Source: Squalus acanthias
Lineage: Eukaryota
DNA: 64,000 nucleotides
Direction of reading: 5' to 3'
Assembly (NCBI GenBank): GCA_030390025.1
Contig: JASTWF010000033.1
Location: forward strand, 1,614,001-1,678,000
The position numbers and the translations under genes are program-made. Numbering within the stretch: position 1 is the stretch's first letter; each line of letters opens with the position of its first letter. Below the pieces are notes generated by a model. The model was not told where the DNA came from. It saw only the letters and a program-made list of their open reading frames with translations, and made no database searches. Positions 38,113 to 48,919 of this stretch are shown here, piece after piece.

Positions 38113-38990
38113 CAGTGTGTTTTGGGGCTGTTTGAATTGCCACCATTCAACGCACGTTCGTGAAATAATGCTTGCCCTTGATCGAACAAAACAGTGATGC
38201 AAAATGCACTGCCTTGATTTCTGCAACATGCATGCTGTTTCAAAGTCAGCAGGAAATGATTAGCCTTTTCTGTCAACTTTTAGACTTGCTGATTGACACT
38301 TGAAATGTTGTCAACTTTTTACTGCAGTGTCAGGACAGTCACGGTTATTATCAGTCTTCCGTGTATCTTCTTGCCCACTGCATCTCCCCAACAAACTTAG
38401 CTTATCAATCAATTCGTTGCCAGTGTGAAAAATGCAGCATTCGAAACTTAGCAACGTGTGCAAGACTGGAATCAGAGAGTGCCTGGTCAGTGATAACTTA
38501 ACCTGAGCATGAAGATATTCATTAGGCCTGAGCCCTTCCTGTATTGCCCACTGAGTGAGGAACGAAGAGCCCACAGACCGGGGATGGAGCCTGGGCATTT
38601 TCAGTTCTGTGTGGGAGCACCATACCTGCGGCTGAAGATTAAACTTGACATCATTTCAGCTTGGTTCGTGATCAGTGCGGCTCAGTGAGACTTCGGCCCG
38701 TCTCTCCCTTCACAACCCATCAGTGCGGAGAAAAGAACATTGAATTTTACACATGTGTTGTGTTCTGTAACTGTATCGGTGCATTCCACGCTGTGTCCAA
38801 CACGGTGAGGTCCCCCCGGCTGTGTCAGCTTTGTATCTTTATCCACAACCCAGCTTTACATGAACACAACCTGAGCTCCGAGATCTGGTCGGGTCACATT
38901 GCCCGAAGTGAGGAATGAGCCGGAGGAGTAATGCCACCCGGGGTTAGAAAATCCTCCAAAAGAATGACACAAGATGGAATTTGCTTTGAG

Positions 38991-39063
38991 GCCGAAATAG
39001 CTCAGTTGGGAGAGCGTTAGACTGAAGATCTAAAGGTCTCTGGTTCGATCCCGGGTTTGGGCA
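38991..39063 (+). tRNA. tRNA-Phe(GAA) (unit 4)
   Basis: Same sequence as the unit 2 copy. Confidence 0.85.
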
Positions 39064-39128
39064 GGTTTTAGTTACTTTTTGTCTCCTTCACTATAAGAGG
39101 AACGATTCAGGAGAGATTTTCCACTTCT

Positions 39129-39231
39129 GAGCTCGCGTCTACCAAAGAAATGGGCCCGAACCACGTTAGATCCGGCTCCAGCCGCCCGCTGCTGGTTCGA
39201 ATCCAGTCGGGGTCCCGCCGGCTCTCTTTTT
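39129..39231 (+). ncRNA. Candidate tRNA-Trp-like Pol III small RNA (unit 4)
   Basis: Same architecture as 33035-33137. Confidence 0.5.
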
Positions 39232-39483
39232 ACCGGGACAGTGTTGGAGGGAGGGGCTGTTCAGCGGTGGTGCGATAATAAATTTTAGAATGAGTTTTGT
39301 TAGATTAAAGAGCTCTTTCTCTGTAACTTTCGATTGACACTCTGCTCAGTTGTATACAGGAACAGTTGACAATGTTTAAGCGATGTGGTGTGTTCAATGT
39401 TTGTGCAGTAACTCGGTCACCCAGTATGAGCCTGAAAAACAATTTCCCAGCCTGGGTTTGTGACTATGTAGTGGGCGCTTTGC

Positions 39484-39557
39484 GGCCGGTTAGCTCAGTT
39501 GGCGAGAGCGTGTTGCTAATAACGCCAAGGTCGCGGGTTCGATCCCCGTACGGGCCA
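39484..39557 (+). tRNA. tRNA-Ile(AAT) (unit 4)
   Basis: 74-mer with the same anticodon-stem mismatch. Confidence 0.85.
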
Positions 39558-40072
39558 TCAGAATGTTTTCATAATTTTACGCTTTTCTCGCACATTTCAA
39601 ATAGAAACTTTATAATGAAACCAATCCACGCAGACTCTCACGGGGGATTTATTTGGAATAACATCCATTGCACCTTTGCCACCGAGGCGGAGAGACGTTT
39701 ATTTGTGTTTCTGGGTTTGCTGATGAACGTTGAACTGGCGGCCTGTTCCCGTTAATGGTCACAAGCGGGTAAGAGACAGGCAGAGCGGCTCTGACCCCGC
39801 GAGATGGGCAAAAGGCTCAGGAGTAACTGCATCAATGAAATGTAGGCCCGGCCCCGAGAGAGGCAACATCCAGAGCACAGAAGGAAATCGATTTCAAGTG
39901 CATGCCTACCCGCACTTGCTGCCGTGGTTTCGCGAACACGTCTTTTGTGTTCTCAACTAAAACATGTCATTTTGTACGAACAGTTTCCCTGGCGCGAAAG
40001 TATCTGAATTTCAAAGGAGCACGCAGGAAAGACTGCCTTGCTGTGCTTTCTGGCAGGTAGTTTGCTGGAGCT

Positions 40073-40144
40073 TCCCTGGTGGTCTAGTGGTTAGGATTCG
40101 GCGCTTTTACCACCGCGGCCCGGGTTCGATTCCCGGTCAGAGAA
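40073..40144 (+). tRNA. tRNA-Glu body with TTT anticodon (unit 4), possibly a pseudogene
   Basis: Same sequence as the unit 3 copy. Confidence 0.7.
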
Positions 40145-41022
40145 CAGTGTGTTTTGGGGCTGTTTGAATTGCCACCATTCAACGCACGTTCGTGAAATAA
40201 TGCTTGCCCTCGATCGAACAAAACAGTGATGCAAAATGCACTGCCTTGATTTCTGCAACATGCATGCTGTTTCAAAGTCAGCAGGAAATGGTTAGCCTTT
40301 TCTGTCAACTTTTAGACTTGCTGATTGACACTTGAAATGTTGCCAACTTTTTACTGCAGTGTCAGGACAGTCACGGTTATTATCAGTCTTCCGTGTATCT
40401 TCTTGCCCACTGCATCTCCCTAACAAACTTAGCTTATCAATCAATTCGCTGCCAGTGTGAAAAATGCAGCATTCGAAACTTAGCAACGTGTGCAAGACTG
40501 GAATCAGAGAGTGCCTGGTCAGTGATAACTTAACCTGAGCATGAAGATATTCATTAGGCCTGAGCCCTTCCTGTATTGCCCACTGAGTGAGGAACGAAGA
40601 GCCCACAGACCGGGGATGGAGCCTGGGCATTTTCAGTTCTGTGTGGGAGCACCATACCTGCGGCTGAAGATTAAACTTGACATCATTTCAGCTTGGTTCG
40701 TGATCAGTGCGGCTCAGTGAGACTTCGGCCCGTCTCTCCCTTCACAACCCATCAGTGCGGAGAAAAGAACATTGAATTTTACACATGTGTTGTGTTCTGT
40801 AACTGTATCGGTGCATTCCACGCTGTGTCCAACACGGTGAGGTCCCCCCGGCTGTGTCAGCTTTGTATCTTTATCCACAACCCAGCTTTACATGAACACA
40901 ACCTGAGCTCCAAGATCTGGTCGGGTCACATTGCCCGAAGTGAGGAATGAGCCGGAGGAGTAATGCCACCCGGGGTTAGAAAATCCTCCAAAAGAATGAC
41001 ACAAGATGGAATTTGCTTTGAG

Positions 41023-41095
41023 GCCGAAATAGCTCATTTGGGAGAGCGTTAGACTGAAGATCTAAAGGTCTCTGGTTCGATCCCGGGTTTGTGCA
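41023..41095 (+). pseudogene. tRNA-Phe(GAA) (unit 5), with further A-box and acceptor changes
   Basis: AGCTCATTTGG and TTTGTGCA variants. Confidence 0.75.
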
Positions 41096-41160
41096 GGTTT
41101 TAGTTACTTTTTGTCTCCTTCACTATAAGAGGAACGATTCAGGAGAGATTTTCCACTTCT

Positions 41161-41263
41161 GAGCCAGCGTCTACCAAAGAAATGGGCCCGAACCACGTTA
41201 GATCCGGCTCCAGCCGCCCGCTGCTGGTTCGAATCCAGTCGGGGTCCCGCCGGCTCTCTTTTT
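41161..41263 (+). ncRNA. Candidate tRNA-Trp-like Pol III small RNA (unit 5)
   Basis: Same sequence as the unit 1 copy. Confidence 0.5.
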
Positions 41264-41515
41264 ACCGGGACAGTGTTGGAGGGAGGGGCTGTTCAGCGGT
41301 GGTGCGATAATAAATTTTAGAATGAGTTTTGTTAAATTAAAGAGCTCTTTCTCTGTAACTTTCGATTGACACTCTGCCCAGTTGTATACAGGAACAGTTG
41401 ACAATGTTTAAGCGATGTGGTGTGTTCAATGTTTGTGCAGTAACTCGGTCACCCAGTATGAGCCTGAAAAACAATTTCCCAGCCTGGGTTTGTGCCTATC
41501 TAGTGGGCGCTTTGC

Positions 41516-41589
41516 GGCCGGTTAGCTCAGTTGGTGAGAGCGTGTTGCTAATAACGCCAAGGTCGCGGGTTCGATCCCCGTACGGGCCA
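41516..41589 (+). tRNA. tRNA-Ile(AAT) (unit 5)
   Basis: 74-mer with the same anticodon-stem mismatch. Confidence 0.85.
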
Positions 41590-42104
41590 TCAGAATGTTT
41601 TCATAATTTTACGCTTTTCTCGCACATTTCAAATAGAAACTTTATAATGAAACCAATCCACGCAGACTCTCACGGGGGATTTATTTGGAATAACATCCAT
41701 TGCACCTTTGCCACCGAGGCGGAGAGACGTTTATTTGTGTTTCTGGGTTTGCTGATGAACGTTGAACTGGCGGCCTGTTCCCGTTAATGGTCACAAGCGG
41801 GTAAGAGACAGACAGAGCGGCTCTGACACCGCGAGATGGGCAAAAGGCTCAGGAGTAACTGCATCAATGAAATGTAGGCCCGGCCCCGAGAGAGGCAACA
41901 TCCAGAGCACAGAAGGAAATCGATTTCAAGTGCATGCCTACCCGCACTTGCTGCCGTGGTTTCGCGAACACGTCTTTTGTGTTCTCAACTAAAACATGTC
42001 ATTTTGTACGAACAGTTTGCCTGCCGCGAAAGTATCTGAATTTCAAAGGAGCACGCAGGAAAGACTGCCTTGCTGTGCTTTCTGGCAGGTAGTTTGCTGG
42101 AGCT

Positions 42105-42176
42105 TCCCTGGTGGTCTAGTGGTTGGGTTTCGGCGCTTTCACCACCGCGGCCCGGGTTCGATTCCTGGTCAGGGAA
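42105..42176 (+). pseudogene. tRNA-Glu(TTC) (unit 5), D-arm damaged
   Basis: GGTTGGGTTT in place of GGTTAGGATT; anticodon TTC; acceptor stem intact. Confidence 0.75.
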
Positions 42177-43050
42177 CAGTGTGTTTTGGGGCTGTTTGAA
42201 TTGCCACCATTCAACGCACGTTCGTGAAATAATGCTTGCCCTTGATCGAACAAAACAGTGATGCAAAATGCACTGCCTTGATTTCTGCAACATGCATGCT
42301 GTTTCAAAGTCAGCAGGAAATGATTAGCACTTTCTGTCAACTTTTGGACTTGCTGATTGACACTTGAAATGTTGCCAACATTTAACTGCAGCTCACAGTG
42401 TCAGGACAGTCACGGTTATTATCAGTCTTCCGTGTATCTTCTTGCCCACTGCATCTCCCTAACAAACTTAGCTTATCAATCAATTCGTTGCCAGTGTGAA
42501 AAATGCAGCATTCGAAACTTAGCAACGTGTGCAAGACTGGAATCAGAGAGTGCCTGGTCAGTGATAACTTAACCTGAGCATGAAGATATTCATTAGGCCT
42601 GAGCCCTTCCTGTATTGCCCACTGAGTGAGGAACGAAGAGACCACAGGCCGGGGATGCAGCCTGGGCATTTTCAGTTCTGTGTGGGAGCACCATACCTGC
42701 GGCTGAAGATTGAACTTGACATCATTTCAGCTTGGCTCGTGCTCAGTGAGACTTCGGCCCGTCTCTCCCTTCACAACCCATCAGTGCGGTGAAAAGAACA
42801 TTGAATTTTACACATGTATTGTGTTCTGTAACTGTATTGGTTCATTCCACGCTGTTTCCAACACTGTGAGGTCCCCCCGGCTGTGTCAGCTTTGTATCTT
42901 AATCCACAACCCAGCTTTACATGAACACAACCTGAGCTCCGAGATCTAGTCGGGTCACATTGCCCGAAGTGAGGAATCTGCCGGAGGAGTCATGCCACCC
43001 GGGGTTAGAAAATCCTCCAAAAGAATGACACAAGATGGAATTTGCTGTGA

Positions 43051-43123
43051 GCTCGAATAGCTCAGTTGGGAGAGCGTTAGACTGAAGATCTAAAGGTCAC
43101 TGGTTCGATCCCGGGTTTTGGCA
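43051..43123 (+). pseudogene. tRNA-Phe(GAA) (unit 6), acceptor stem damaged
   Basis: GCTCGAATAGCTCAG...TTTTGGCA. Confidence 0.75.
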
Positions 43124-43187
43124 GGTTTTAGTTACTTTTTGTCTCCTTTATTATAGAGGAACAATTCAGGAGAAATTTTTCATTTCT

Positions 43188-43290
43188 GAGCCCGCGTCTA
43201 CCAAAGAAATGGGCCCGAACCACATTCGATCCGGCTCCAGCCGCCCGCTGCGGGTTCGAATCCAGTCGGGGTCCCGCCGGCTCTCTTTTT
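43188..43290 (+). ncRNA. Candidate tRNA-Trp-like Pol III small RNA (unit 6, diverged)
   Basis: B box, terminal stem and T5 retained; the T-stem has one mismatch (GCGGG/CCAGT). Confidence 0.4.
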
Positions 43291-43542
43291 ACCGGGACAG
43301 TGTCGGAGGGAGGGGCTGTTCAGCGGTGGTGCGATAATAAATTTTAGAATGAGTTTTGTTAGATTAAAGAGCTATTTTTCTGTAACTTTCGATTGACACT
43401 CTGCCCAGTTGTATACACGAACAGTTGACAATGTTTAAGCGATGTGGGGTGTTCAATGTTTGTGCAGTAACTCGGTAACCCAGTGTGAGCCTGAAAGACA
43501 ATCCCCCAGGCTGGGTTTATGCCTATCCAGAGGACGCTTTGT

Positions 43543-43601
43543 GGCCGGTTAGCTCAGTTTTTGAGAGCGTTGTGCTACTAACGCTGAGCTCGCGGGTTCG
43601 A
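43543..43601 (+). pseudogene. Truncated tRNA-Ile; right breakpoint of the array
   Basis: GGCCGGTTAGCTCAG...CGCGGGTTCGA followed by unrelated sequence. Confidence 0.75.
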
Positions 43602-44150
43602 GTTATCTTGCAGCCCAGGGATGAACAATAATCCTCTGACCTCTGGAGCTGGAGAAGAGCGAGTAAATAATGGATTTTTATCCGCGTCTGAAATGCGGCT
43701 TCGATCTGCTGGTATTAACCGAGGCCGGGGCTGCGAGAAGTTGCATTTAGTTCACGGTTAATCAGAGGAATATCCGCAGTCAGGGGCTGAAACGTACCAA
43801 GAGCTGAAAAAACACATGGAAAAAGATAAGAAATTTCAGCAATTGTGATGAACTCTTCAAAGTGTTTTCGGGTAGTTTAGTTTTTTTAATTCTTTTAATC
43901 ACCATGTATTAACCGATAGCGTTGTTCTGCAGAATGAAAGAACTGCTCACACTGAGGGACAGTCGAAACTTGAATAATTTAACTCAAATTGTTTGAAAAA
44001 CTTTATTCTTTGATGATGTTTTATCCCCTATCTGGTTTTACAAACTGTGTATTTTAGGATCTGTTATAAATTGTTAATTGCTTCTGAACAAAGGAACCTG
44101 GGGCTACTTTTGTTAAATGTATTTCACAGTAAAAATACCATGGAACATAA

Positions 44151-44224
44151 TGTTTCCACCCGGGATCGAACCGGGGACTATTTCGCGTGTGGAGCGAACG
44201 TGATAATTGGTACAATGCGGAATC
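44151..44224 (-). pseudogene. Degenerate tRNA-Val(CAC)
   Basis: Minus strand TTATCACGTTCGCTCCACACGCGAAA...CCCCGGTTCGATCCCGGGTGGAAACA; D-arm decayed. Confidence 0.75.
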
Positions 44225-44307
44225 GCGGCTTAAATGATGATCCAGAAAGACGTGTTCAGCGAGATCATGAAATACTGAATCGCTCTTTCTGCAATAATAT
44301 CCTTTCA

Positions 44308-47300
44308 CGAACATATAGATACATAGAACAGTACAGCACAGTACAGGCCCTTCGCCAAATTTCCCTCTATCCCACAACTCCTTACTTTCTTCATGAGACG
44401 ACCATGGGGAACCTTATCAAACGCCTTACTAAAATCCATGTATACGACATCAACTGCTCTACCTTCATCTACACACTTAGTTACCTCCTCAAAGAATTCA
44501 ATCAAATTTGTTAGGCAAGACTTACCCTTCACTAATCCATGTTGACTATCCCTGATTAAGTTGGCCCTTTCCAAATGGTCATAAATCCTATCCCTCAGGA
44601 CCTTTTCCATTATCTTACCAAACACCGAAGTAAGACTAACCGGCCTATAGTTACCAGGGTCATTCCTATTTCCTTTCTTGAAGAGAGGAACAACATTCGC
44701 CACTCTCCAGTCCTCTGGCACCATTCCCGAGGACAGTGAGGACCCAAAGATCAAAGCCAGAGGCTCTGCAATCTCCTCCCTTGCCTCCCAAAGAATCATA
44801 GGATATATCCCATCTGGCCCAGGGGACTTATCGACCCTCAGGTTCTTCAAAATTGCTAAAACATCTTCCCTCAGAACATCTACCACCTCCAGCCTATCCA
44901 CCTTTATCACACTCTCATCCTCAAGAACATGGCCCCTCTCCTCGGTGAACACTGACGAAAAGTATTCATTCATCACCTCTCCGATCTCTTCTGACTCCAT
45001 GCACAAGTTCCCACTACTGTCCTTGACCGGCCCTACCCTCACCCTGGTCATTCTTTTATTTCTCACATAAGAGTAAAAAGCCTTGGTGTTTTTCTTGATC
45101 CGACCCGCCAAGGACTTCTCATGCCCCCTCCTAGCTCTCCTAAGCTCTTTTTTTTAACTCATTCCTTGCTACCTTGTACCCCTCAATCGATCCAACTGAA
45201 CCTTGTTTTCTCACCCTTACATACGCTTCCTTTTTCCTCTTGACTAGACATTCAACCTCTTTTGTGAACCATGGTTCTCTCACTCGGCCATTTCCTCCCT
45301 GCCTGACAGGGACATACCTATCAAGGACACGCAGTAATTGCTCCATGAAAAAGCTCCACTTTTCGTTTGTGCCTTTCCCTGATAGTTTCTGTTCCCATCT
45401 TATACTCCCTAATTCTTGCCTAATCGCATCATAATTACCCCTCCCCCAATTATAAACCCTGCCCTGCCGTATGGCCCTATCCCTCTCCATTGCAATAGTG
45501 AAAGTTACCGAATTGGGGTCACTATCTCCAAAGTGCTCTCCCACATACAAATCAAACACTTGGCCCGGTTCATTACCCAGTACCAAATCCAACGTGGCCC
45601 CACCTCTTGTCGGCCTATCCACATATTGTGTCAGGAAACCCTCCTGCACACACTGTGCAAAAACTATCCCATCCGAACTGTTTGACCAAAAAAGGTTCCA
45701 ATCAATATTTGGAAAGTTGAAGTCACCCATGACAACTACTCTGTGACCTCCACACCTATTCATAATCTGCTTTGCAATTTCTTCCTCCACATCTTTATTA
45801 CTATTTGGGGGCCTGTAGAAAACTCCTAACAACGTGACCGCTCCTTTCCTATTTCTAACTTCAGCCCATATTACCTCAGACGGCAGATCCCCCTCGAACT
45901 GCCTTTCTGCCGCTGTTAAACTATCCTTGATTAACAATGCTACTCCTCCACCTTTCTTACCAACTTCCCTACTCTTACTGAAACATCTATACCCCGGAAC
46001 TTCCAACAACCATTCCTGTCCCTGTTCTAACCATGTCTCCGTAATGGCCACCACATCGTAGTCCCAAGTACCAATCCACGCTCCAAGTTCTCCTACCTTA
46101 TTCCGGATGCTCCTTGCATTGAAGTAGACACACTTCAAGCCATCTTCCTGTCTGCCGGTACATTCCTGTGACCTTGATACCCTCCTCAGTACCTCCCTAC
46201 ACTCACCAGTGGCTCGTGGACTACAGCCCTTTTTCCCATCCCCCTGACAAATTAGTTCAAACCCCCCCGAAGAGCCGTAGCAAATTTCCCTCCCAGGATA
46301 TTGGTGCCCCTCTGGTTCAGGTGCAACCCGTCCTGTTTGTTCAGGTCCCACCTTCCCCAGAATGTGCTCCAATTATCCACATAACTGAAACCCTCCCCCC
46401 TACACCATCCCTGCAGCCACGTGTTTATCTGCACTCTCTCCCTGTTCCTCAACTCGCTAGCACGTGGCACCGGCAACAAACCAGAAATTACAACATGGTT
46501 TGTACTAGCTCTCAGCTTCCAACCTAGCTCCCAAAATTCCTGTTTTAAATCCCCGTCCCTTCTCCTACCTATGTCGTTGGTACCGATGTGTACCACGACT
46601 TGTGATTGTTCCCCTTCCCCTTTGAGGATTCTGAAAACACGGTCCGAGACGTCACGGACCCTGGCACCCAGGAGGCAACATACCATCCGTGAGTCTCTTT
46701 TGCTGCCACAGAACCTCCTATCTGTCCCTCTGACTATTGAGTCCCCAATAACTATTGCTCTCCTGCTCTCCCCCCTTCCCTTCTGAGCCACAGGGACGGA
46801 CCCAGCGCCAGAGATCCGGTCACCGTGGCTTACCACTGGTAAGTCGTCCCCCTCAACAGTATTCAAAGCGGTATACCTGTTACTGAGGGGAGCGACCACA
46901 GAGGATCCCTGCACTGACTGCTTCCTCCTAGCCCCTCTCACCGTCACCCATCTATCTTCATGCTTTGGAGTAATTACATCCCTGAAGCTTCTATCTATGA
47001 CCTCCTCTGCCTCCCGAATGATCCGAAGTTCATCCAGCTCCAGCTCCAGTTCCCTAACACGGTTTTCGAGGAGCTGGAGATGGGTGCACTTCCCACAGGT
47101 GTAATCAGCAGGGAAACCTACGGCGTCCCTCACCTCAAACATTCTGCAGGAGGAACATTTCACTGCCTCCCCTGCCATCCCCTCTAGCTAACTTGCAGAT
47201 TAAACTAAAACAAAAAAGAGCTTACCTGATAGTCACTCACCTCCTTTAGGTTAGAGGAGGAGGAAGGTTGGGGGACACTACAAGCGTAGTATCTCGGGTT

Positions 47301-47340
47301 TAGGAACCGCCCAACTTATATATAGGTAAAAATTAATCAC
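44308..47340 (-). mobile_element. CR1 LINE with 5'UTR, ORF1, endonuclease and N-terminal RT, internally deleted and joined to its 3' tail
   Basis: ORF1 at 46252-47178; ORF2 pieces at 45140-46372 (FNARSIRNK, ITETW, GDFNFP, DLVL) and 44305-45111 (up to [11 protein letters not shown]); tail ctgtgctgtactgttctatg. Confidence 0.93.
46252..47178 (-). CDS. CR1 ORF1: N-terminal Cys knuckle, coiled coil and SGNH/GDSL esterase domain
   Basis: CSSC..CGKC; LELELDELR coiled coil; IVIGDSIVR (GDS), HIGTND and DGLHLN. The 308-aa frame is uninterrupted. Confidence 0.88.
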   Translation of the reverse strand: MAGEAVKCSSCRMFEVRDAVGFPADYTCGKCTHLQLLENRVRELELELDELRIIREAEEVIDRSFRDVITPKHEDRWVTVRGARRKQSVQGSSVVAPLSNRYTALNTVEGDDLPVVSHGDRISGAGSVPVAQKGRGESRRAIVIGDSIVRGTDRRFCGSKRDSRMVCCLLGARVRDVSDRVFRILKGEGEQSQVVVHIGTNDIGRRRDGDLKQEFWELGWKLRASTNHVVISGLLPVPRASELRNRERVQINTWLQGWCRGEGFSYVDNWSTFWGRWDLNKQDGLHLNQRGTNILGGKFATALRGGLN

Positions 47341-47374
47341 CTACCCAGCAACCACTGCGTCCCGCACTTTTAAA

Positions 47375-47534
47375 GCCTCTGTGGGCCTACCTGGTCGCCG
47401 CCGCCTCTTGAGTCCTCCGCCTCGCTGCAGCCGCTCCACCCAGGTCCGCCGCCTCTGTGGGCCTACCTGGTCGCCGCCGCCTCTTGAGTCCTCCGCCACG
47501 CTGCAGCCGCTCCACCCAGGTCCGCCGCCTCTGA
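47375..47534. repeat. GC-rich 76-bp direct tandem duplication upstream of the CR1 5'UTR
   Basis: gcctctgtgggcctacctggtcgccgcc... begins at 47375 and again at 47451. Confidence 0.9.
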
Positions 47535-47554
47535 CTGAAACTACACAACTCAAA

Positions 47555-48045
47555 AATGTTCATTCAGCCTCGGATCTGCGGGTTAGCGTTCTCCAAGGCG
47601 GCCTTCGGGATCCACGACAACGCAAAATCATCGAGCAGAAACTGATAGCCAAGTTCCGTACTCATGAGGACGGCCACAATCGGGATGTCGGGTTCATGTC
47701 ACGATACAGAACGTGACTTGACATCGTTGCCGGTCTTTCCAGCTTTTTAAAAAAACAAACACAAGAAACAAACACAAGAAACAAACCCAAATGGAGAGGA
47801 TATGCAGCCAGCAGGTGTTTTGACACGTTGGACCCCCTGGGACACATCTCATTGTCTTGGCTGTGCTCTTAGTGTGTCTTTGATGTAGGGAAATATTGAA
47901 TGCATTTTCTCTGTGTTTATATTCTGTGAATTCTGGTAGATTGTCTCATAGTAACTCTACCTGAGGAAGGGGCGACAGCTCCGAAAGCTTGTAATTTTAA
48001 ATAAATCTGTTGGACTATAACCTGGTGTTGTGCGACTTCTCAGAA
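47555..48045 (+). mobile_element. Penelope-like element 3' end (GIY-YIG C-terminus plus pLTR)
   Basis: Peptide HSASDLRVSVLQGGL...RKIIEQKLIAKFRTHEDGHNRD. Downstream: ctgaggaagg..ccgaaagctt, then aataaa and tgttggactataacctggtgttgtg. Confidence 0.8.
47961..47993 (+). ncRNA. Minimal hammerhead-ribozyme-like core (Penelope pLTR)
   Basis: CTGAGGA-A-GGGGC-GACA-GCTCC-GAAA-GCTT. Confidence 0.55.
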
Positions 48046-48264
48046 TTATAATGGCAACTCTCTATGTCACCACTTGGTGCCGCTGCAGCACCGATTTACC
48101 TGCCCCAGGTTCTCAATGTGCACCATTCTCTGGTTCAACCCACTATAGCTACCTTGCATATTACTCTAAGCTTTGTTGTAAACCACAATATGTGGGGACT
48201 TTCAAATGGGGACCCAATCACGTCTAGAAGCCCGATACCAATTAACCCCAACTCCCTAACCTAA

Positions 48265-48578
48265 GAATCAGGAGCAGGAATTGACCATTAAAATATAAGA
48301 ACATAAGACATAAAAGCAGGAATAGGCCATTCGACGCTTCGAGCCTGCTCTGCCATTCAATGAGATCATGGCTTATCTTCTGCCTCAAATCCATTCACCG
48401 GCCTTATCTCCTGATTCCTTGATGCCCTTACGAGTCAGAAATCCTTCGACTTCTGTTTTGAATATACCCAATGACTGAGCCGCCACTTCCCTCCGGGGTA
48501 GAGAATTCCAAAGATTCACCTCCCTCAATGTGAAGTATTTTCTTCTCCTCTCAGTCCTGAATGGCCTAACCTTTATGG
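48265..48578 (-). mobile_element. CR1 3'-end fragment
   Basis: Peptide RPFRTERRRKYFTLREVNLWNSLP plus the tail motif. Confidence 0.85.
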
Positions 48579-48621
48579 AGTTCAATGGTCAGTTCCCCTC
48601 TGTTGAAACCATGCACACAGC

Positions 48622-48694
48622 GTTTCCCATAGTGTAGTGGTTATCACGTTCACTTTACACGCGGAAAATACCCGGTTCGAGGCCGGTGAGGACG
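48622..48694 (+). pseudogene. Degenerate tRNA-Val(TAC)
   Basis: TAGTGTAGTGGTTATCACGTTCACTT-TAC-AC...GGTTCGAGG; acceptor stem decayed. Confidence 0.75.
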
Positions 48695-48919
48695 CTGTTT
48701 AATATATGCAGTGGATGAACAACCAGCGGGTTTATTCCGAATAACTAACAGAAAATTGCTGTAAATGTGAAATGAAAACGGAAAATGCTGGAATTCCACA
48801 GAGATCAAGCAGAATCTGTGGATAAAGCAAAAGAGTTAACGTTTCAAGTCGATTGCCCGTTGTTAGAACTGAAAAACGTCAGAGATGTATGGCTAGTGTA
48901 TTCTCCTGTCAATAGGGCT

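Larger units (their letters stand above)
32408..43602 (+). repeat. ~2.03-kb tandem tRNA-gene array, ~5.5 units
   Basis: tRNA-Phe starts at 32897, 34927, 36959, 38991, 41023 and 43051 (periods 2030, 2032, 2032, 2032, 2028). The spacers are nearly identical. Confidence 0.97.

Noticed and set aside
32084..42949. Recurring 60-130-aa ORFs in every array unit
   Set aside because: They recur only because the DNA is repeated; they overlap tRNAs, lack domains and are broken by indels between units
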